A DNA stretch of 64,000 bases, taken from IMG/VR virus record IMGVR_UViG_3300026116_000037. One strand, 5' to 3'. Positions within the stretch are counted from its first letter, which is position 1, and each line of letters starts with the position of its first letter. The position numbers and the translations under genes are program-made. Source of the DNA: an uncultured virus (IMG/VR IMGVR_UViG_3300026116_000037). Its lineage: Duplodnaviria > Heunggongvirae > Uroviricota > Caudoviricetes. Below, piece by piece: positions 19,657-30,925 of the stretch. Under the pieces are notes generated by a model. That model was not told where the DNA came from and searched no databases. It was given only the letters and a program-made list of their open reading frames with translations.

Positions 19657-20422
19657 CCGAAAGAACAGCTTAGCACTAAGAGCTTAAGGCTAGGCGGATA
19701 AAATTTTACTTTTTGTCGCCCGCGGTCCACCGTCGATCGGCCTGGATCAGTGCCTCGCGCAAGCGCGCCAATTCCGCGGTGGTGGGCTCGGGCTTCGTGG
19801 CCTCCGGCGGCCAGAAGACCTCAGTTTTCACGGTCGAGACCTCGTCCCACTCGTCGGCCAGCTCGCGGCGCTCATCGGCGTCGGTGTAGGTCTCCAGGCT
19901 CAGATAGTGGCCATCAACTTCAGCGCGTCTCATCAGCCGATCCTCCATACGGTGTAAAGCGTTGCGCGCAGGAGCCCGACACAGTAGCCGGCCGCCCCAC
20001 ACGCGAACATGACCACCCACAACGGGATCTCGATCTGCTCGTCCCACGCGGGCCAGCGCCAGGGCTTCACTTCCGAGCCTTCCGGCGGCGCTTCTCCGCC
20101 CGCAGCTGCGACAATCGGGCGCGGCGCTGGTCGTGGTTGAGCAAGGCCAATTGTGTGGCCAGCGCCGGATCGCTGATTCGGCCGAAGATCTTCAGCCGCT
20201 TCATCGCGTGCGGGTTGCCGGCTCGGGCGTCCTCGACCAGCGCGCGGAGTCCGCTCTCCATGTTCTGCCGCGCCAGCTCGATGAGACGCTCGGCCTCAGA
20301 CGGCCTCCCGTAGTACGGAAACGCCGGTAACCCTACGCCGCCCGCGCCGGTCACGTCTCCGGTCGATCGTCGGACTATGATCCTCGCCGCTTCGCGGATG
20401 TCGTCTGTTTTCACCGGACCGG

Positions 20423-23400
20423 TCATGGAGTGCCTTTCTTCGTCGGGTCGTTTCCGAACGCGGCCGCGATCTCACTCTTGTCGAACTTGTTGCGCGACGG
20501 ACCTTCGACGGTGCGCCGTAGCACGGCCGGATCGCCGATGCCGCTCTCTTCCGCGTGCTTGAGAATCTGCTCGACGTTGATCCGGTGGTAGGCGATCCGC
20601 TTTCCGTTGATTTGCTCGCGGTGCAATTCGCCGTCCGGGCCCGCGGCCTTGATCGAGAGGTTGCCGAGCGCCTTGTTGATCCTGTGCAGCGTCGGACGGC
20701 GGTCGCCCTTGATGAAGAGGTCCCAATGCTCGACCAGCCGGGGCGCGCTCACCCAGAAGCGGCCCTCGCCGAGGAGGATCGCGGACGAGCGGAGCATGAC
20801 CTCGGGCGGCTTCTCCAGGCAGTAGAGGAGCCAGTCGATCACGAGCCCCGGCACGGTTCCGTTAGACGCGAGCCGATGTTGCACGCCGCTCGCCTCACCT
20901 TCGACGACGAACCGATCACCGTACCTCACCGGGCGGTTGTCGCGGAGCCAAAGGAAGTGACGGGCGACGATGCCTTTGTCGATCCAGTCCTTCGTTCCCG
21001 CGAGCCCCTTCTCCGCATCGCCGTGGCGGCCGCCCAAACTCCGGAGGAATTCCGCGCCGGCTTCCTTCGCGTGAATGTGGAGGAACCGACCCGCGACGGC
21101 CGCGAGCGCTTCGACGCCGAGATCTTCGTCGCCGGTTGACAACATGTTCTCGTCGTTCGCGCTGAAGATCGCACGAATCGCGCCCTTGACCACGCAGTTC
21201 GCCGAGAACTTGATCCGAACCTCGTGGCTGGAGTCGCCGACGATCTTGCGGATCTTGTGCGTGCTGACCCGCTTTCCGTTCGAGTCCGGCGGCAGCATCT
21301 CATCCGCGAACACGACCGGGCACGCGATCAATCCGGCGTTGAATGACGACAGATAGGCGCTCATTTCGAGCGGAAAGCCGCCGTTCCACAGAGAGGCGCA
21401 CCCGAGCGCGAACATGGTTTTTCCGGCGCTCTTCGGGCCGCTTAGGTAGAGACCACTCGTCGGTGAGTCGAGCTTCGTCAGCGTCGCGACCCAATCTAGG
21501 AACTTGTCGGTCTCGGCCGCGGTGTCGCCGAACGTGCGGAGCCAGCGATCGACGTCCGGGTTGAATTCCGGATACAGATCCGCACGCACCGTCGCGGCCG
21601 CAATGTGGAGCGTCTGATCGGTCGGATCATAGAACGAGCGCGGGATCGTGAAGTCGTAAATCACGCCGTTGCGCGCTACGGTGCTCAGCTCTTCGAGGAT
21701 CTCGGAGGTGGTCTTCTTCCGCGTCGTCCCGTCGGACTTCATCCCTTCCCAATCGAAAAACGTCATGGTCTCCGGCGTGCGGGCCGTGACAACCTCTCCC
21801 GGTGCGGGGAGGTAGGGAATCTGGCGCGGGAGGCACCGCAGATCGCGCGGCAGCGAAACGGCCAGCTCGCCGCGCTGGATGCCCGCCTGGTAGCGCCAGA
21901 CGCCGTCCGGGCAGCGCTGGAGCACGTAGAACGTCTCGCCTCGCTGGATGAGGAAAAGCTTCTTCAGGTCCGTCACCGTGACATTGACGCCGGAGAGCTT
22001 CGATTGATCCTCGGCCGCCTCTTGCAGCTCGGTCAGGGTGTAGTAGCCGGCTGGACCGGGGGCCGGCTCCGAGCCTTCTTGGATTGAGTCCTTAGGGACG
22101 AGCGCAAGGGCGGTGGAAAGGGGCAAAGCGCCCCCCGGCGCGGCCTCCGACGCGTCGGACGAAGGGGCACAACCTTCGGCGGACGTAGAGTCGGAGGCAA
22201 AGGCGGCCAGGGGGGCGCTTGCCGAAATCGCGGGGCTCGGGGGGACCGGCGAAACCTCGGTAAAAACGGCCGAATCGGACCGTTTAGAGGGCTCGGGAGA
22301 GGCGGTCGGGGGGACCGGCGGCGCGGCCGGCACCGAAGCCAGCGGCGCGCGCTTTTCGTGGATGCCGCGCCCTTGGGCGAGGAGCCGCGCCCGGAACCGC
22401 TCGTCCATGCTGCGGGTCGCATCACACGCCTCGCGCGCTTCCGACATGGCCCGAGCTACCTTGTCCTCGAAGGCGTCCTCCGAGATGAAGTCCTCTGGGC
22501 TCTCGGCCTCCATCGCCGCCAGGGACGGCGCGGCCATGTCGCAGATCGCCGCGATCGAGCCACGGCCGGCCACGTACCAGCAGAGCCAGGACGCCAGCCT
22601 TTGGGCCGTCGCGTCGCGCTCGCCCTTGCCGGCCCACGGCTTCCCGTCGCGAAAGGCTTCGAGAACGGCTGTCCGCTCGGGCCGACGGTTGCCCTTGAGC
22701 TTGCGGAGGATCGTCTCCTTGGTCTGCTCGTCGTCCAGGTTGAGGGCGGCGTCGGGACCGGACAGGCGAGCCGGCTCCAGCTCCTCCGGCGTGGGCTCGT
22801 GGGAAGCGATTGCCGGGGCGACGGTTTGCCCGAATAGGCTGGCGAGGTCGGAGGCCGCCGCGGCCGCCTTGACGCTCGTGAAGCTGCGGAGGATGGGGTA
22901 GGCGTAGCGCTGGCCGTCCCGGATCAGGTAGTAGACCTCGGGGGCCGGCGCGTTGTCCTTCGCGGCCCGCTTCCAGTTGTGCGTCCCCGGGATCCGGAGC
23001 ACGCGGGCCATGTCGCTAGTGTTGTCGACGTGCCAGGACTTCGTTTTCGCGAACGCCGCCGCGTGCTCCTGCCACTCTTTCAGAAATTTCTGAACCTCGG
23101 CGCGGTTCTTCTCCAGCGCTACCGGAGCGTCGAATAACCAGTAGCAGTGAAGCCCGCCGCCGGTCCAGATCACCAGGGTCGGATCGAACTTGAACGACTG
23201 GAGGATCTCCGTCGCTTCCGCGAGCGAGCGCGGCAGGTTCGTCGCCGCGTGGTTGGGGCCCGCGATGTCGATGTCTAGCCAGGCGCCGGGGGCTAGGATC
23301 TTTTGCGCGCGGCCGCCACGCTTGTACGGGCCGAGGTCCTCGGCGTGCGCACAGAGTGTCAGGTAAACGTCGCGGCCTGCACTGTCCTCGGCTTCTGCGT

Positions 23401-23557
23401 AAGCTACGATACTATTCGGGTCGTCGGTGCGGAAATGCTTTGTAAGCATGCCCCCAGTTTTTTGACCGGGCGTCGAAGAGCAAACGCCAACGACGCCGTG
23501 CGGGCCGGCGCTCGGGTACAGGGCCCGGACGAACTCTAAGGCCGCGTCCTGATTCAC
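20423..23557 (-). CDS. primase-polymerase (RepB-type) fused to P-loop helicase
   Basis: WLDID, TGGGLH, RVLRIPGTHN N-terminal primase; SGPKSAGKT, FADE, SAN helicase domain. Confidence 0.85.
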   Translation of the reverse strand: MNQDAALEFVRALYPSAGPHGVVGVCSSTPGQKTGGMLTKHFRTDDPNSIVAYAEAEDSAGRDVYLTLCAHAEDLGPYKRGGRAQKILAPGAWLDIDIAGPNHAATNLPRSLAEATEILQSFKFDPTLVIWTGGGLHCYWLFDAPVALEKNRAEVQKFLKEWQEHAAAFAKTKSWHVDNTSDMARVLRIPGTHNWKRAAKDNAPAPEVYYLIRDGQRYAYPILRSFTSVKAAAAASDLASLFGQTVAPAIASHEPTPEELEPARLSGPDAALNLDDEQTKETILRKLKGNRRPERTAVLEAFRDGKPWAGKGERDATAQRLASWLCWYVAGRGSIAAICDMAAPSLAAMEAESPEDFISEDAFEDKVARAMSEAREACDATRSMDERFRARLLAQGRGIHEKRAPLASVPAAPPVPPTASPEPSKRSDSAVFTEVSPVPPSPAISASAPLAAFASDSTSAEGCAPSSDASEAAPGGALPLSTALALVPKDSIQEGSEPAPGPAGYYTLTELQEAAEDQSKLSGVNVTVTDLKKLFLIQRGETFYVLQRCPDGVWRYQAGIQRGELAVSLPRDLRCLPRQIPYLPAPGEVVTARTPETMTFFDWEGMKSDGTTRKKTTSEILEELSTVARNGVIYDFTIPRSFYDPTDQTLHIAAATVRADLYPEFNPDVDRWLRTFGDTAAETDKFLDWVATLTKLDSPTSGLYLSGPKSAGKTMFALGCASLWNGGFPLEMSAYLSSFNAGLIACPVVFADEMLPPDSNGKRVSTHKIRKIVGDSSHEVRIKFSANCVVKGAIRAIFSANDENMLSTGDEDLGVEALAAVAGRFLHIHAKEAGAEFLRSLGGRHGDAEKGLAGTKDWIDKGIVARHFLWLRDNRPVRYGDRFVVEGEASGVQHRLASNGTVPGLVIDWLLYCLEKPPEVMLRSSAILLGEGRFWVSAPRLVEHWDLFIKGDRRPTLHRINKALGNLSIKAAGPDGELHREQINGKRIAYHRINVEQILKHAEESGIGDPAVLRRTVEGPSRNKFDKSEIAAAFGNDPTKKGTP

Positions 23558-23723
23558 GCGTTCACGGTCCGTGGGCGCCGCGCGGGAGGAAGAAAAGCCG
23601 AAATTTTTAGGTCGTGTGTGCTCACGTTGCGCCGGTCCACCGACGGTGGTTGAGTGTGCCGCTCAATCGGACCGTAGTTAAGACCTTAACACGCTTCACC
23701 GTGAGCGCGGGGCGCCAAAACGC

Positions 23724-23753
23724 AAAACGCCGGGACCCTCTCGGATCCCGGCG
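23724..23753 (-). terminator. intrinsic terminator
   Basis: CGCCGGGA/TCCCGGCG stem followed by TTTT on the minus strand. Confidence 0.7.
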
Positions 23754-23801
23754 CTTCCGGTTTAGAAGACCCTACGGATAGGGCCTTAGTTTTCGACGGT
23801 G

Positions 23802-24563
23802 CTACTTGCGGACCGCCGCGCGAGCCGTCTCGACGATCACCGCCTTCTCCTCGGCGGAGAGCTTTTCAGCGCCCTCGCCCTTCACCTCGCCCGTCTCCAG
23901 GTCGATCACGATCGAGCCGTCGGCAATCGCGGCGGCGATTTGGGTCCCGCGCGCTTCCGCCCACCGCTTCGCGTCCTCGGCGTCCTTCACCGCCTTCGCC
24001 TCAGCGTCGGCCTTGCGCTTCGCCTCCTCGACCTCCTTCGCGGCGCCGTGGTACGTCTTGAACTCGGCGGTGAGCTGCTCTTGCACGTCGGCCGCGCCGC
24101 TCTCCAACATGTAGATCGAGGACTTCAGCTCGCGCTCGATCGTGGTCGTCGCGTCGGAGAATTCCGCGGCGTGCAGCGCCGCGCGGTCGTCCCGATCTTC
24201 CTTCGCCTTCGCCAGCGCATGATCGCGCTTGCTCTGCGCGCGACGAATCGCCCGCGTGTATTCCTCCTCGGCGTCCTGGACGTCACGCCGATAGGTGCGC
24301 GTGTTGAGATCTCGGTTCTCCGCGTCCGTCTTCGCCAGCGGCGCGATCTTGTTCGCGGCCTCCATCTGGAGCCGGGCCTTGCCCGTCTTCAAGGCCTCGC
24401 GACTGCCGGCGCTCTTGCGATCGAAAACGATCTCGATTTCGCGCGAGGAGGTCGCCGGGCCGGGCACACCCAAGAGCGGCGACGGGTAGGCGAGGCCGGA
24501 GGCCGCCTTTGGGGCGGGCTTGGCGGCGGGGGCGGTCTTTTCGGAGGCGAAAACGGCGGGCAT
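23802..24563 (-). CDS. coiled-coil hypothetical protein
   Basis: GAAAGGA SD before ATG 24563; own promoter and terminator. Confidence 0.7.
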   Translation of the reverse strand: MPAVFASEKTAPAAKPAPKAASGLAYPSPLLGVPGPATSSREIEIVFDRKSAGSREALKTGKARLQMEAANKIAPLAKTDAENRDLNTRTYRRDVQDAEEEYTRAIRRAQSKRDHALAKAKEDRDDRAALHAAEFSDATTTIERELKSSIYMLESGAADVQEQLTAEFKTYHGAAKEVEEAKRKADAEAKAVKDAEDAKRWAEARGTQIAAAIADGSIVIDLETGEVKGEGAEKLSAEEKAVIVETARAAVRK

Positions 24564-24622
24564 GTTGGTCCTTTCGTGCGGGCGTGGGGTCGCGGCAGCG
24601 CCGCGGGTATCTGGTACGAGAG

Positions 24623-24652
24623 ACATCGGCACACGGGCCTGAAATCTTTAGG
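24623..24652 (-). promoter_or_regulatory. sigma28-like promoter copy
   Basis: CCTAAAG-N15-GCCGATGT. Confidence 0.7.
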
Positions 24653-24668
24653 CCCTAAGCGCCTGGGC

Positions 24669-25109
24669 CTAAATCCGGACGCTTCCCGATCCGCGGCACG
24701 GGGCGCACAGACGGCCGTCAGGGGCGCCGCCAGTTCCATCGCAGCCGGCGCAGGCTCGCCGGGAGGGCTTGGGCTCGGGCGAATCGGCGATGCCTTCGCC
24801 GTAGTAGGCTCGGCGGCGGGCCGGGTCGGTCAGCGGATCGGCCTTTGCCTCGCCGACAAGAGCGCGCGAGAACAGGCCGAGTCGCGTCGCTTCCGCTTTG
24901 CCGCGCGATTCCGCCTCAGCGTTAGAGCGTGCGGCGTCGGCTTCGGAGCGTACGATCTCGGCGCACGTGCACGGATCACAGTTGTCACAGACCGCTTGCT
25001 GACGCTCGCAATAGCACCCGACGGGCGACGTCCCCGTTGTAATAGCCGAGGATAGGAGGAATATCGCCTTTCCGCGCAGGCATCCTTTGGCATGAAGTTT
25101 CGTGCTCAC
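24669..25109 (-). CDS. Cys-rich protein with DnaJ-type zinc finger
   Basis: CAGCDGTG and CAPCRGSG. Confidence 0.5.
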   Translation of the reverse strand: MSTKLHAKGCLRGKAIFLLSSAITTGTSPVGCYCERQQAVCDNCDPCTCAEIVRSEADAARSNAEAESRGKAEATRLGLFSRALVGEAKADPLTDPARRRAYYGEGIADSPEPKPSRRACAGCDGTGGAPDGRLCAPCRGSGSVRI

Positions 25110-25991
25110 GGTCTAGCCTCCAGCGCCGCGCCTACGCACTTATCGATCGAGCCCCCGCGCTCACGGCACGCGGCGAAGGCCTGTCCGGCAGGGCTGCACG
25201 CGAGCACCGCGATCGTGAACAAGATCGTGAGGGCCGCCCAGAAGCTTCGGTGTTTCACCACGCGTCACCTCGACAATGGCGGCAGCATTCGGGCTCGCTA
25301 CGCTCCTCCGGGTTGTGATGCGCCCACAACAGAAACGCGGTCGCGCCGTGCAAGACGCTCTCCATGACCCGCTTCGCCGTGATGCTGTGAAGCAGAGACC
25401 GGCCGCGCTTGCGGATCTCACCTTCGAGAGAAAGGAGGCGCATCTTCAACCGCCAGCGGCCGTTGTTCGAAAGCTTGACGCTACCGGATAGCGCCGACGC
25501 CTCGCCGTGTTCCTTGATGAGGGTCGAGAAGCGGCATATCTTCGACCTCGGCCACAAAATTCGCTTCGGGGTTGTACATGCCTCACCACCCGATCGCCCG
25601 GTACTTGAAGACCCGAGAACGGGCGCGGGCCTCGCGCTCTTTCCGTCGGCGGCGCTCGCGGCGCAGCTCTCTCCGATACTCGCGGGCCCGGAGCACGACC
25701 TCGCCCACGCAGAGCAAGATCAGCGCGCCGAGCCCGAGCGAGAAGGCGACTTGGCGTGAGATGATGAAGACTTTCATTTGGTTGATCATTGAGTGACTTT
25801 CCCCGCGATCCGGTGCTCCAGATCCGTGATCCGTTTCTTCAGGTCCGCGATCTCTCGATCCTTGCTCTCGTCGGCTTCCTTGCGGCGCTCCTCGCGCCGC
25901 CGGCCGCGAGCGTCGCCGATGGCGATCACTCCGTTCGAGATCGAGACCGCCAGATCGATCAGGAGCTTGAACGTGTCGAGCGGGCTTCGGG

Positions 25992-26396
25992 TCATGACGC
26001 CGCGTCGACGGGCGCCGCGACTGCGACCGGCTCCGGATTCTTCTCCTCCGACTTGAGCGCGATCGAGTAGAACTTGACCACGACGCGCTCTGTGAGCAAC
26101 TCATCGAGGGAGTTGTCAAGCCGAATGGTGTAGGACTTGAGCGACCCTTGTTCAACGATCAACGATCGCTCTGTTTCGCCGTTCCGGTTCATGAGGCGGA
26201 TCTCGATGCTCCGCACGTCGCCACGCGCCGCCCACGACGCCAGATCGTGATCGTCTTTGGAAGCTCCTCGCTCCAGGATGAGGACGCCGGACTTCCCGCG
26301 GACGCGCAGGCTACAGCGGCTGAAGCCGTAGTTTTTGGCGCCTTGGATCTTGACGATGAAGGCGTAGGACCTCAGAAACGTGCGACCGATCTTCAT
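25992..26396 (-). CDS. T4 gp19 / contractile-injection tail-tube-like protein (divergent)
   Basis: FIVKIQG...GFSRCS, ILERG, LASW, RSIEIRLMNRNGE, DELLTERVVVKF pattern; AAGGAG SD. Confidence 0.55.
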   Translation of the reverse strand: MKIGRTFLRSYAFIVKIQGAKNYGFSRCSLRVRGKSGVLILERGASKDDHDLASWAARGDVRSIEIRLMNRNGETERSLIVEQGSLKSYTIRLDNSLDELLTERVVVKFYSIALKSEEKNPEPVAVAAPVDAAS

Positions 26397-26519
26397 GGGA
26401 GTCTCCTTCTGACGTGGCGTTGTCTCGGCTCTGTGGCGCGAGAGACTTTAGAGCTTGAACCTAAGCGCTTAGGAAGTCAACAAGGATTTTTTACTGGAGC
26501 TTGTCGGGGCCGATAAACG

Positions 26520-26557
26520 AAAAGGGGCCTGGTACCCTCTCGGGAAGCCTAGGCCCC
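26520..26557 (-). terminator. intrinsic terminator
   Basis: GGGGCCT/AGGCCCC stem followed by TTTT on the minus strand. Confidence 0.65.
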
Positions 26558-27321
26558 TCGGCGATATCCGCCGTAGACGTGTCCTACCGCTCTTCCGCGT
26601 AGGTGCGTTAAAGAGCGGCGGTTGGGTTCAGGGTGCGGGCCGCGTTCAGGCTATTCGCCCCGCGGCCTCGGCTAAACCCTCGGCGCGAAGCCACCACCTC
26701 CACTCGACTCGCGTGGATGATTGCGCATTGGTGGGCGCTTGGCCCCTCGGTGCCGGCACTTCTTGGGAGGTCCGGCGCACCCACGAGCCGGCGTCTCCGC
26801 GCGACTCGCCACAGGGACGACCGTCGAACCAGAACACTTCGGCGGCCAGAAGCCACACGAGAGCGATCGCGGCCAGAAGGACGGTCCCCATGCTCACCTC
26901 GAACAATAGCAGAAAGCTAGGGTCTTAGGAAGGCCGCGAGCGCCTCACGCGCTTGAAAAAGATCCGGAAGTCCACGCGTGTGGGGCAGACGGCCGCGGTG
27001 CCGTCGGGCCGGTAGGCGAGGAACACGAACGCGCGATCCGCGCCCACGACGTAGAGCCGCGTCCCCTTCTCGACCTCGACCACGGTCCAGCCTCGATAGG
27101 TCGGGAGGTTCACGGACGCACGCCCCGGACGTCGACAGATTGCCAATACACGGCGCGGCGCCCGTCGGCAAACTCGAAGATGAAGCGTTGCCAACGCCTC
27201 ATCTCACGCCCATCGCGGAAGTGGTCGATCCAGAATTCCGCGAAGATTCCCTCCGGACACGCCGGCTCCGCGCAGGGCATTCCGGGCTGCCGGTCGTGCT
27301 CGCACCGTGTTGTCCCTGTGC

Positions 27322-28155
27322 TCACGATTTCTTCTCCGGCTTACCGTCGGGGCCGATCTTGAACGTGGTGCGCTTGCCGCCGCTCTCGATCGCGATCTCG
27401 TCTGACGGCATAGACGGATCGGCCTTGATCGTCGTGTTCCACGCCTCGGAGCGCGCTCGTTCGGCGCCTTTGATTGGGATCGCAATGTGCCGGCGCGACG
27501 GATCCAGCACGAACACCTCGTGCCGAAGGGGCGCCGACGCCTCGTAATCCGGCGGCCCGGTCGTGGCGCGGCCGAGCGACACCTCCTCCGGACCGGCCTT
27601 CGGCGCGTAGTACCCGACGGAGTGCCAGATCCGCGCGCTCGCGACGTCGCACATGTGGCAGAACGCCGCCAGATCGTTCATGGTCCGGGCCCGTCCGGAG
27701 TAGTTGTCGCCCTCGCCCTCGACGTACTTGATCGCGTTCTCCTGCTCGGCCGAGAGCACGATCCCGTAGCCCCGGATCCGGGCCATGCGAAACGCGTGGC
27801 GCTCGGCCTTGTCCTTCCACGACACGAAATCGGGGCGCGGCTCGCCGGGCACGGCCTTCCAGGGCTTTTCGAGGTCGTGGAGGAACAGCGGCAGGAGCGC
27901 GTCATCGAGATCGAACAGCAACGGCCCCAGCCCCATCATCACCGGCCACAGCTCGATCGCGATCTGGAGCACGGCGGCCACGTGGTCGAGGTAGCCGCTC
28001 GGCCAGGCCTGGTGATTGAATGACGAGCCCCACGCCTTCGCGAAGCGCTCCCGCTCGTCGTGCATGAGCCGCACGCACGGGCTCCGATCCTTCGGGTGAA
28101 AATGGTGCGAGATGACGTCTAGGATCAGTCCTACGGGCTCTTGGCCGAGCTTCAC
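27322..28155 (-). CDS. HD-domain phosphohydrolase
   Basis: HQAWPSGYLDHV, FLHDLEK, HMCD. Confidence 0.7.
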   Translation of the reverse strand: MKLGQEPVGLILDVISHHFHPKDRSPCVRLMHDERERFAKAWGSSFNHQAWPSGYLDHVAAVLQIAIELWPVMMGLGPLLFDLDDALLPLFLHDLEKPWKAVPGEPRPDFVSWKDKAERHAFRMARIRGYGIVLSAEQENAIKYVEGEGDNYSGRARTMNDLAAFCHMCDVASARIWHSVGYYAPKAGPEEVSLGRATTGPPDYEASAPLRHEVFVLDPSRRHIAIPIKGAERARSEAWNTTIKADPSMPSDEIAIESGGKRTTFKIGPDGKPEKKS

Positions 28156-28570
28156 GACGCGCCCCCGTCGGTCTTCGTCTCGTCCAGGTCCGTGCGCATG
28201 ACGGGCGGCGTGTTCTCCTCGTCGGTGTCGAAGTCCGCCACCACGCCCAGCGCGCGGCAGTAGATGAGCACCCGGCGCGCAAGGCGCCAGTCCATGCGGA
28301 AGACCAGCGTGGCGCGGCCGGTCTCGCCCACCTCGACGGAGACGGGCAGGCCGTTGGCGGCGCGGTTCAGGATCTCCGTCGCCTCGGCGTGGAATGCCCA
28401 CGTCGACCGTCGCGGGGTACTCACCGCGCCCCCTTTCCGGCGGGGCGGCGGTAGGGCCGGTAGGTCGAGACGAAAACGGCGTCGGGGAGCGTGAGCTTCG
28501 AGGCGTCGAGGGCGGGACGGGGCTTCGAGGTGGTAGGCAACACGGCGGGACCTCCTAAGGGTGGGGACGT

Positions 28571-29812
28571 TTAAGGGGCGGACACGATTTCACACCGACA
28601 GGGGAACGTGCCAGACGGGCCGGCGCTGTACTTCTTCCGACACCTACCGTCGGCGTCGTGAAGGTGTCGGCACCCGGGGCACTTAGTCGGCTTCGCCATC
28701 CCGCCGTCTCGGGTGAGCATCTCGCGCACCGCGGGGGAGACATCGACCTCTCGGCTGTAGGGATTCAGGCGGTTCGGTTCAGCGGCAGTTTCCGCGGCCG
28801 CTGGATCGTCGCCGGCCTCGGCGCTCTCTTCATCCTCGATTGTTTCGCCGCACCAGCAACACGTCGCGCTGCTCCACGAGTGGTTGCAGTGGTGCGAGCA
28901 AGAGCGCTTGCTCTTCGAGCATTCGCCACCCGGCATACCCTCGCCGCACGACACGCACTCGTCTTTCTCTTCCTCGGCGGCCGCCGGATCGTCAAGTCCG
29001 TCCGCTAGGGTGACGTCCCAAAGCTCGCGCTCGGCCCGATCTTCCGCGTCTTCTTCGGCGGCTGCCCGCGCCATCCCGCCCGGGTTCTCGCGCTCGAACT
29101 TCTCGATGTAGGACTCCTCGTCCGGCGCGTGGGTGCGCGGCTCGAAGCGCTCGAAATCTCGAATCTCCTCGGCCAACGCATCCAAGGTCTGCCGAACGCT
29201 CTTGGCCGTGTCGTCCTCGTTCACTCGGCTCGCGATGACCGGATCCTTCAACAGACCTTCGATCTCGCCCTTGGCGATCTTCAGCGTGAGGAGCAAACGC
29301 GAACGGTCAAGCTCGCGCGCAGCGTCCGCGGCCTCGTGAAGGCCGGCGATCGCGGCGTCCTCGCCGTGAAGCGCGGGCCGCTCTCCGGCGTCCGCTAGCC
29401 AGCGACGCATGTTGGCCTCACCGAGCTTCCGCGCGACCGTCTCGCGTCCTACCGGCGAAGAGAGATAGCGATCGAGGCGGCGCTCCACCTCCCAGCACGA
29501 GGCGCAGATCTTGATCGCGGTCGCGTCGGTCGCCGTGCCGCACACGCGGCAGGGGACCGTCTCCGGGAGAGCGCAATCGCCTTTGCACCAGAACGCATCG
29601 GAAAGGGTACGACGAAAACAGGTATGTCCGCGTCCCAGATTGAAGGGCGGCTCGCCGTCGCGCGCCGTCGCCACGCGTTCCCGGCGGCGCTCGGCCTCGG
29701 TCGTCGCGGTCGCCAAAGCTCGTCCAAGCCCGTCGGCCGCTCGTTGCTGACGGCGCTCCGAACAATCGCACGCCTCGCCCTCTTTGCCCATGTTGCAGTC
29801 GATGAAGTGCAT
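28571..29812 (-). CDS. multi-module Cys-rich hypothetical protein
   Basis: GAGGAAAGG SD; several CxxC clusters; DDPAAAE repeated twice. Confidence 0.6.
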   Translation of the reverse strand: MHFIDCNMGKEGEACDCSERRQQRAADGLGRALATATTEAERRRERVATARDGEPPFNLGRGHTCFRRTLSDAFWCKGDCALPETVPCRVCGTATDATAIKICASCWEVERRLDRYLSSPVGRETVARKLGEANMRRWLADAGERPALHGEDAAIAGLHEAADAARELDRSRLLLTLKIAKGEIEGLLKDPVIASRVNEDDTAKSVRQTLDALAEEIRDFERFEPRTHAPDEESYIEKFERENPGGMARAAAEEDAEDRAERELWDVTLADGLDDPAAAEEEKDECVSCGEGMPGGECSKSKRSCSHHCNHSWSSATCCWCGETIEDEESAEAGDDPAAAETAAEPNRLNPYSREVDVSPAVREMLTRDGGMAKPTKCPGCRHLHDADGRCRKKYSAGPSGTFPCRCEIVSAP

Positions 29813-29815
29813 TGG

Positions 29816-30877
29816 TTACCTTTCCTCACGGCGCGTGTTGTCGGCTACCTCCGAGGCGGGCCCCTCGTACCCTGCGCCGCCGGAGGCGATGCCTTGCGCG
29901 TAGGCGATCGCGGTCGGGTTCGCGTAGCTCTGCCACGTTCCGCCGTCGACGGATGGCGCCCACCGGAAGCCGTTCGCTTTGAGCTGCGCCCGCGTGCGCG
30001 CGTCGGGCTTGCCCGGGAACTTGAGGCGGACGCGGTTCTCGGAGTGGACGATCTTGATCGCGATCATCGTCGTCACGTGGTAGTCCTCGACGTCCGGCGT
30101 AGCCTTCGCGCGGCGGACTTCTTCGATCCGCGCCTTGAGGCGCCGGATCTCCGCGCCGTTGTTTTTGAGGCGATAGTCCGGGATCCCTATCCGGCCGAGC
30201 GGGTCGGGCGCGAGGAACTCCTCCGCCTTGGCGCGAACGTCCTTCGCCGTCGCCTTGTGGTGGCGAACGAGACACGCCTGGATATTCGAAAGCGTCCACG
30301 ATCGGGCGACCGCTTCGTCCTTCGAAGACCGTAGCCCCTTGCGGATCGTCGCGTTCAAGTCGACCGCAAAGGCCTGGAACTTCTCCGCCTCTTCAAGCTT
30401 CGCGACGAGGCGAGCGACGGCGTCCTCGTCCTCGGTGCGGATCGGCTGGCTCGCCGAATCGACGATCCGGAGGATGTTCCTAAGGGCCGCGTTCCGGAAG
30501 TCCATCAGCTCTCGCTGGCGCTTGTCGGCCGTGTCGCTGGACTTGCGCGCGCGGCTCGTGTTGAAGTTCGAGGGCCCGGCAATCATCGTCGAGACGCACC
30601 GGCTCTTCGCCTGGAGGTACGTTCGGAAGTGGTGCGCGTAGCCCGACCGGTATCGCTGAAACTCGGCCTCGAACGCCGCGCGCGTCTCGTCGTTCGCGAA
30701 CTCGGCATAGTGCCTGTGATCGGCTTCGAGCTGGCGGACGTAAGACGCGATCTCTTGCTCGCCGCGTCGCTCGGGAATGTGCGAGGTTCCTCGGTGAGCT
30801 GTGATCGCCAGTTCGAGCGGGATATCGTGCTCGAAGTTCCCGGCCCTGATGTCTTCGGAGGTGGTTTTCGTGCTCAT
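29816..30877 (-). CDS. DUF3560-like / polyvalent-protein-associated domain protein
   Basis: STMIAGPSNF; C-terminal RVRLKFPGKPD..TRAQLKANGFRWAPS...WQ; start reassigned by the leaderless promoter. Confidence 0.6.
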   Translation of the reverse strand: MSTKTTSEDIRAGNFEHDIPLELAITAHRGTSHIPERRGEQEIASYVRQLEADHRHYAEFANDETRAAFEAEFQRYRSGYAHHFRTYLQAKSRCVSTMIAGPSNFNTSRARKSSDTADKRQRELMDFRNAALRNILRIVDSASQPIRTEDEDAVARLVAKLEEAEKFQAFAVDLNATIRKGLRSSKDEAVARSWTLSNIQACLVRHHKATAKDVRAKAEEFLAPDPLGRIGIPDYRLKNNGAEIRRLKARIEEVRRAKATPDVEDYHVTTMIAIKIVHSENRVRLKFPGKPDARTRAQLKANGFRWAPSVDGGTWQSYANPTAIAYAQGIASGGAGYEGPASEVADNTRREER

Positions 30878-30885
30878 ACTGGACA

Positions 30886-30920
30886 CCATCGTCTCGTTCG
30901 GACCCATTCTTAAGGCCTTA
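30886..30920 (-). promoter_or_regulatory. sigma28-like promoter copy (leaderless)
   Basis: TAAGGCCTTAAG-N15-GACGATGG-N8-ATG. Confidence 0.7.
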
Positions 30921-30925
30921 CCTTT

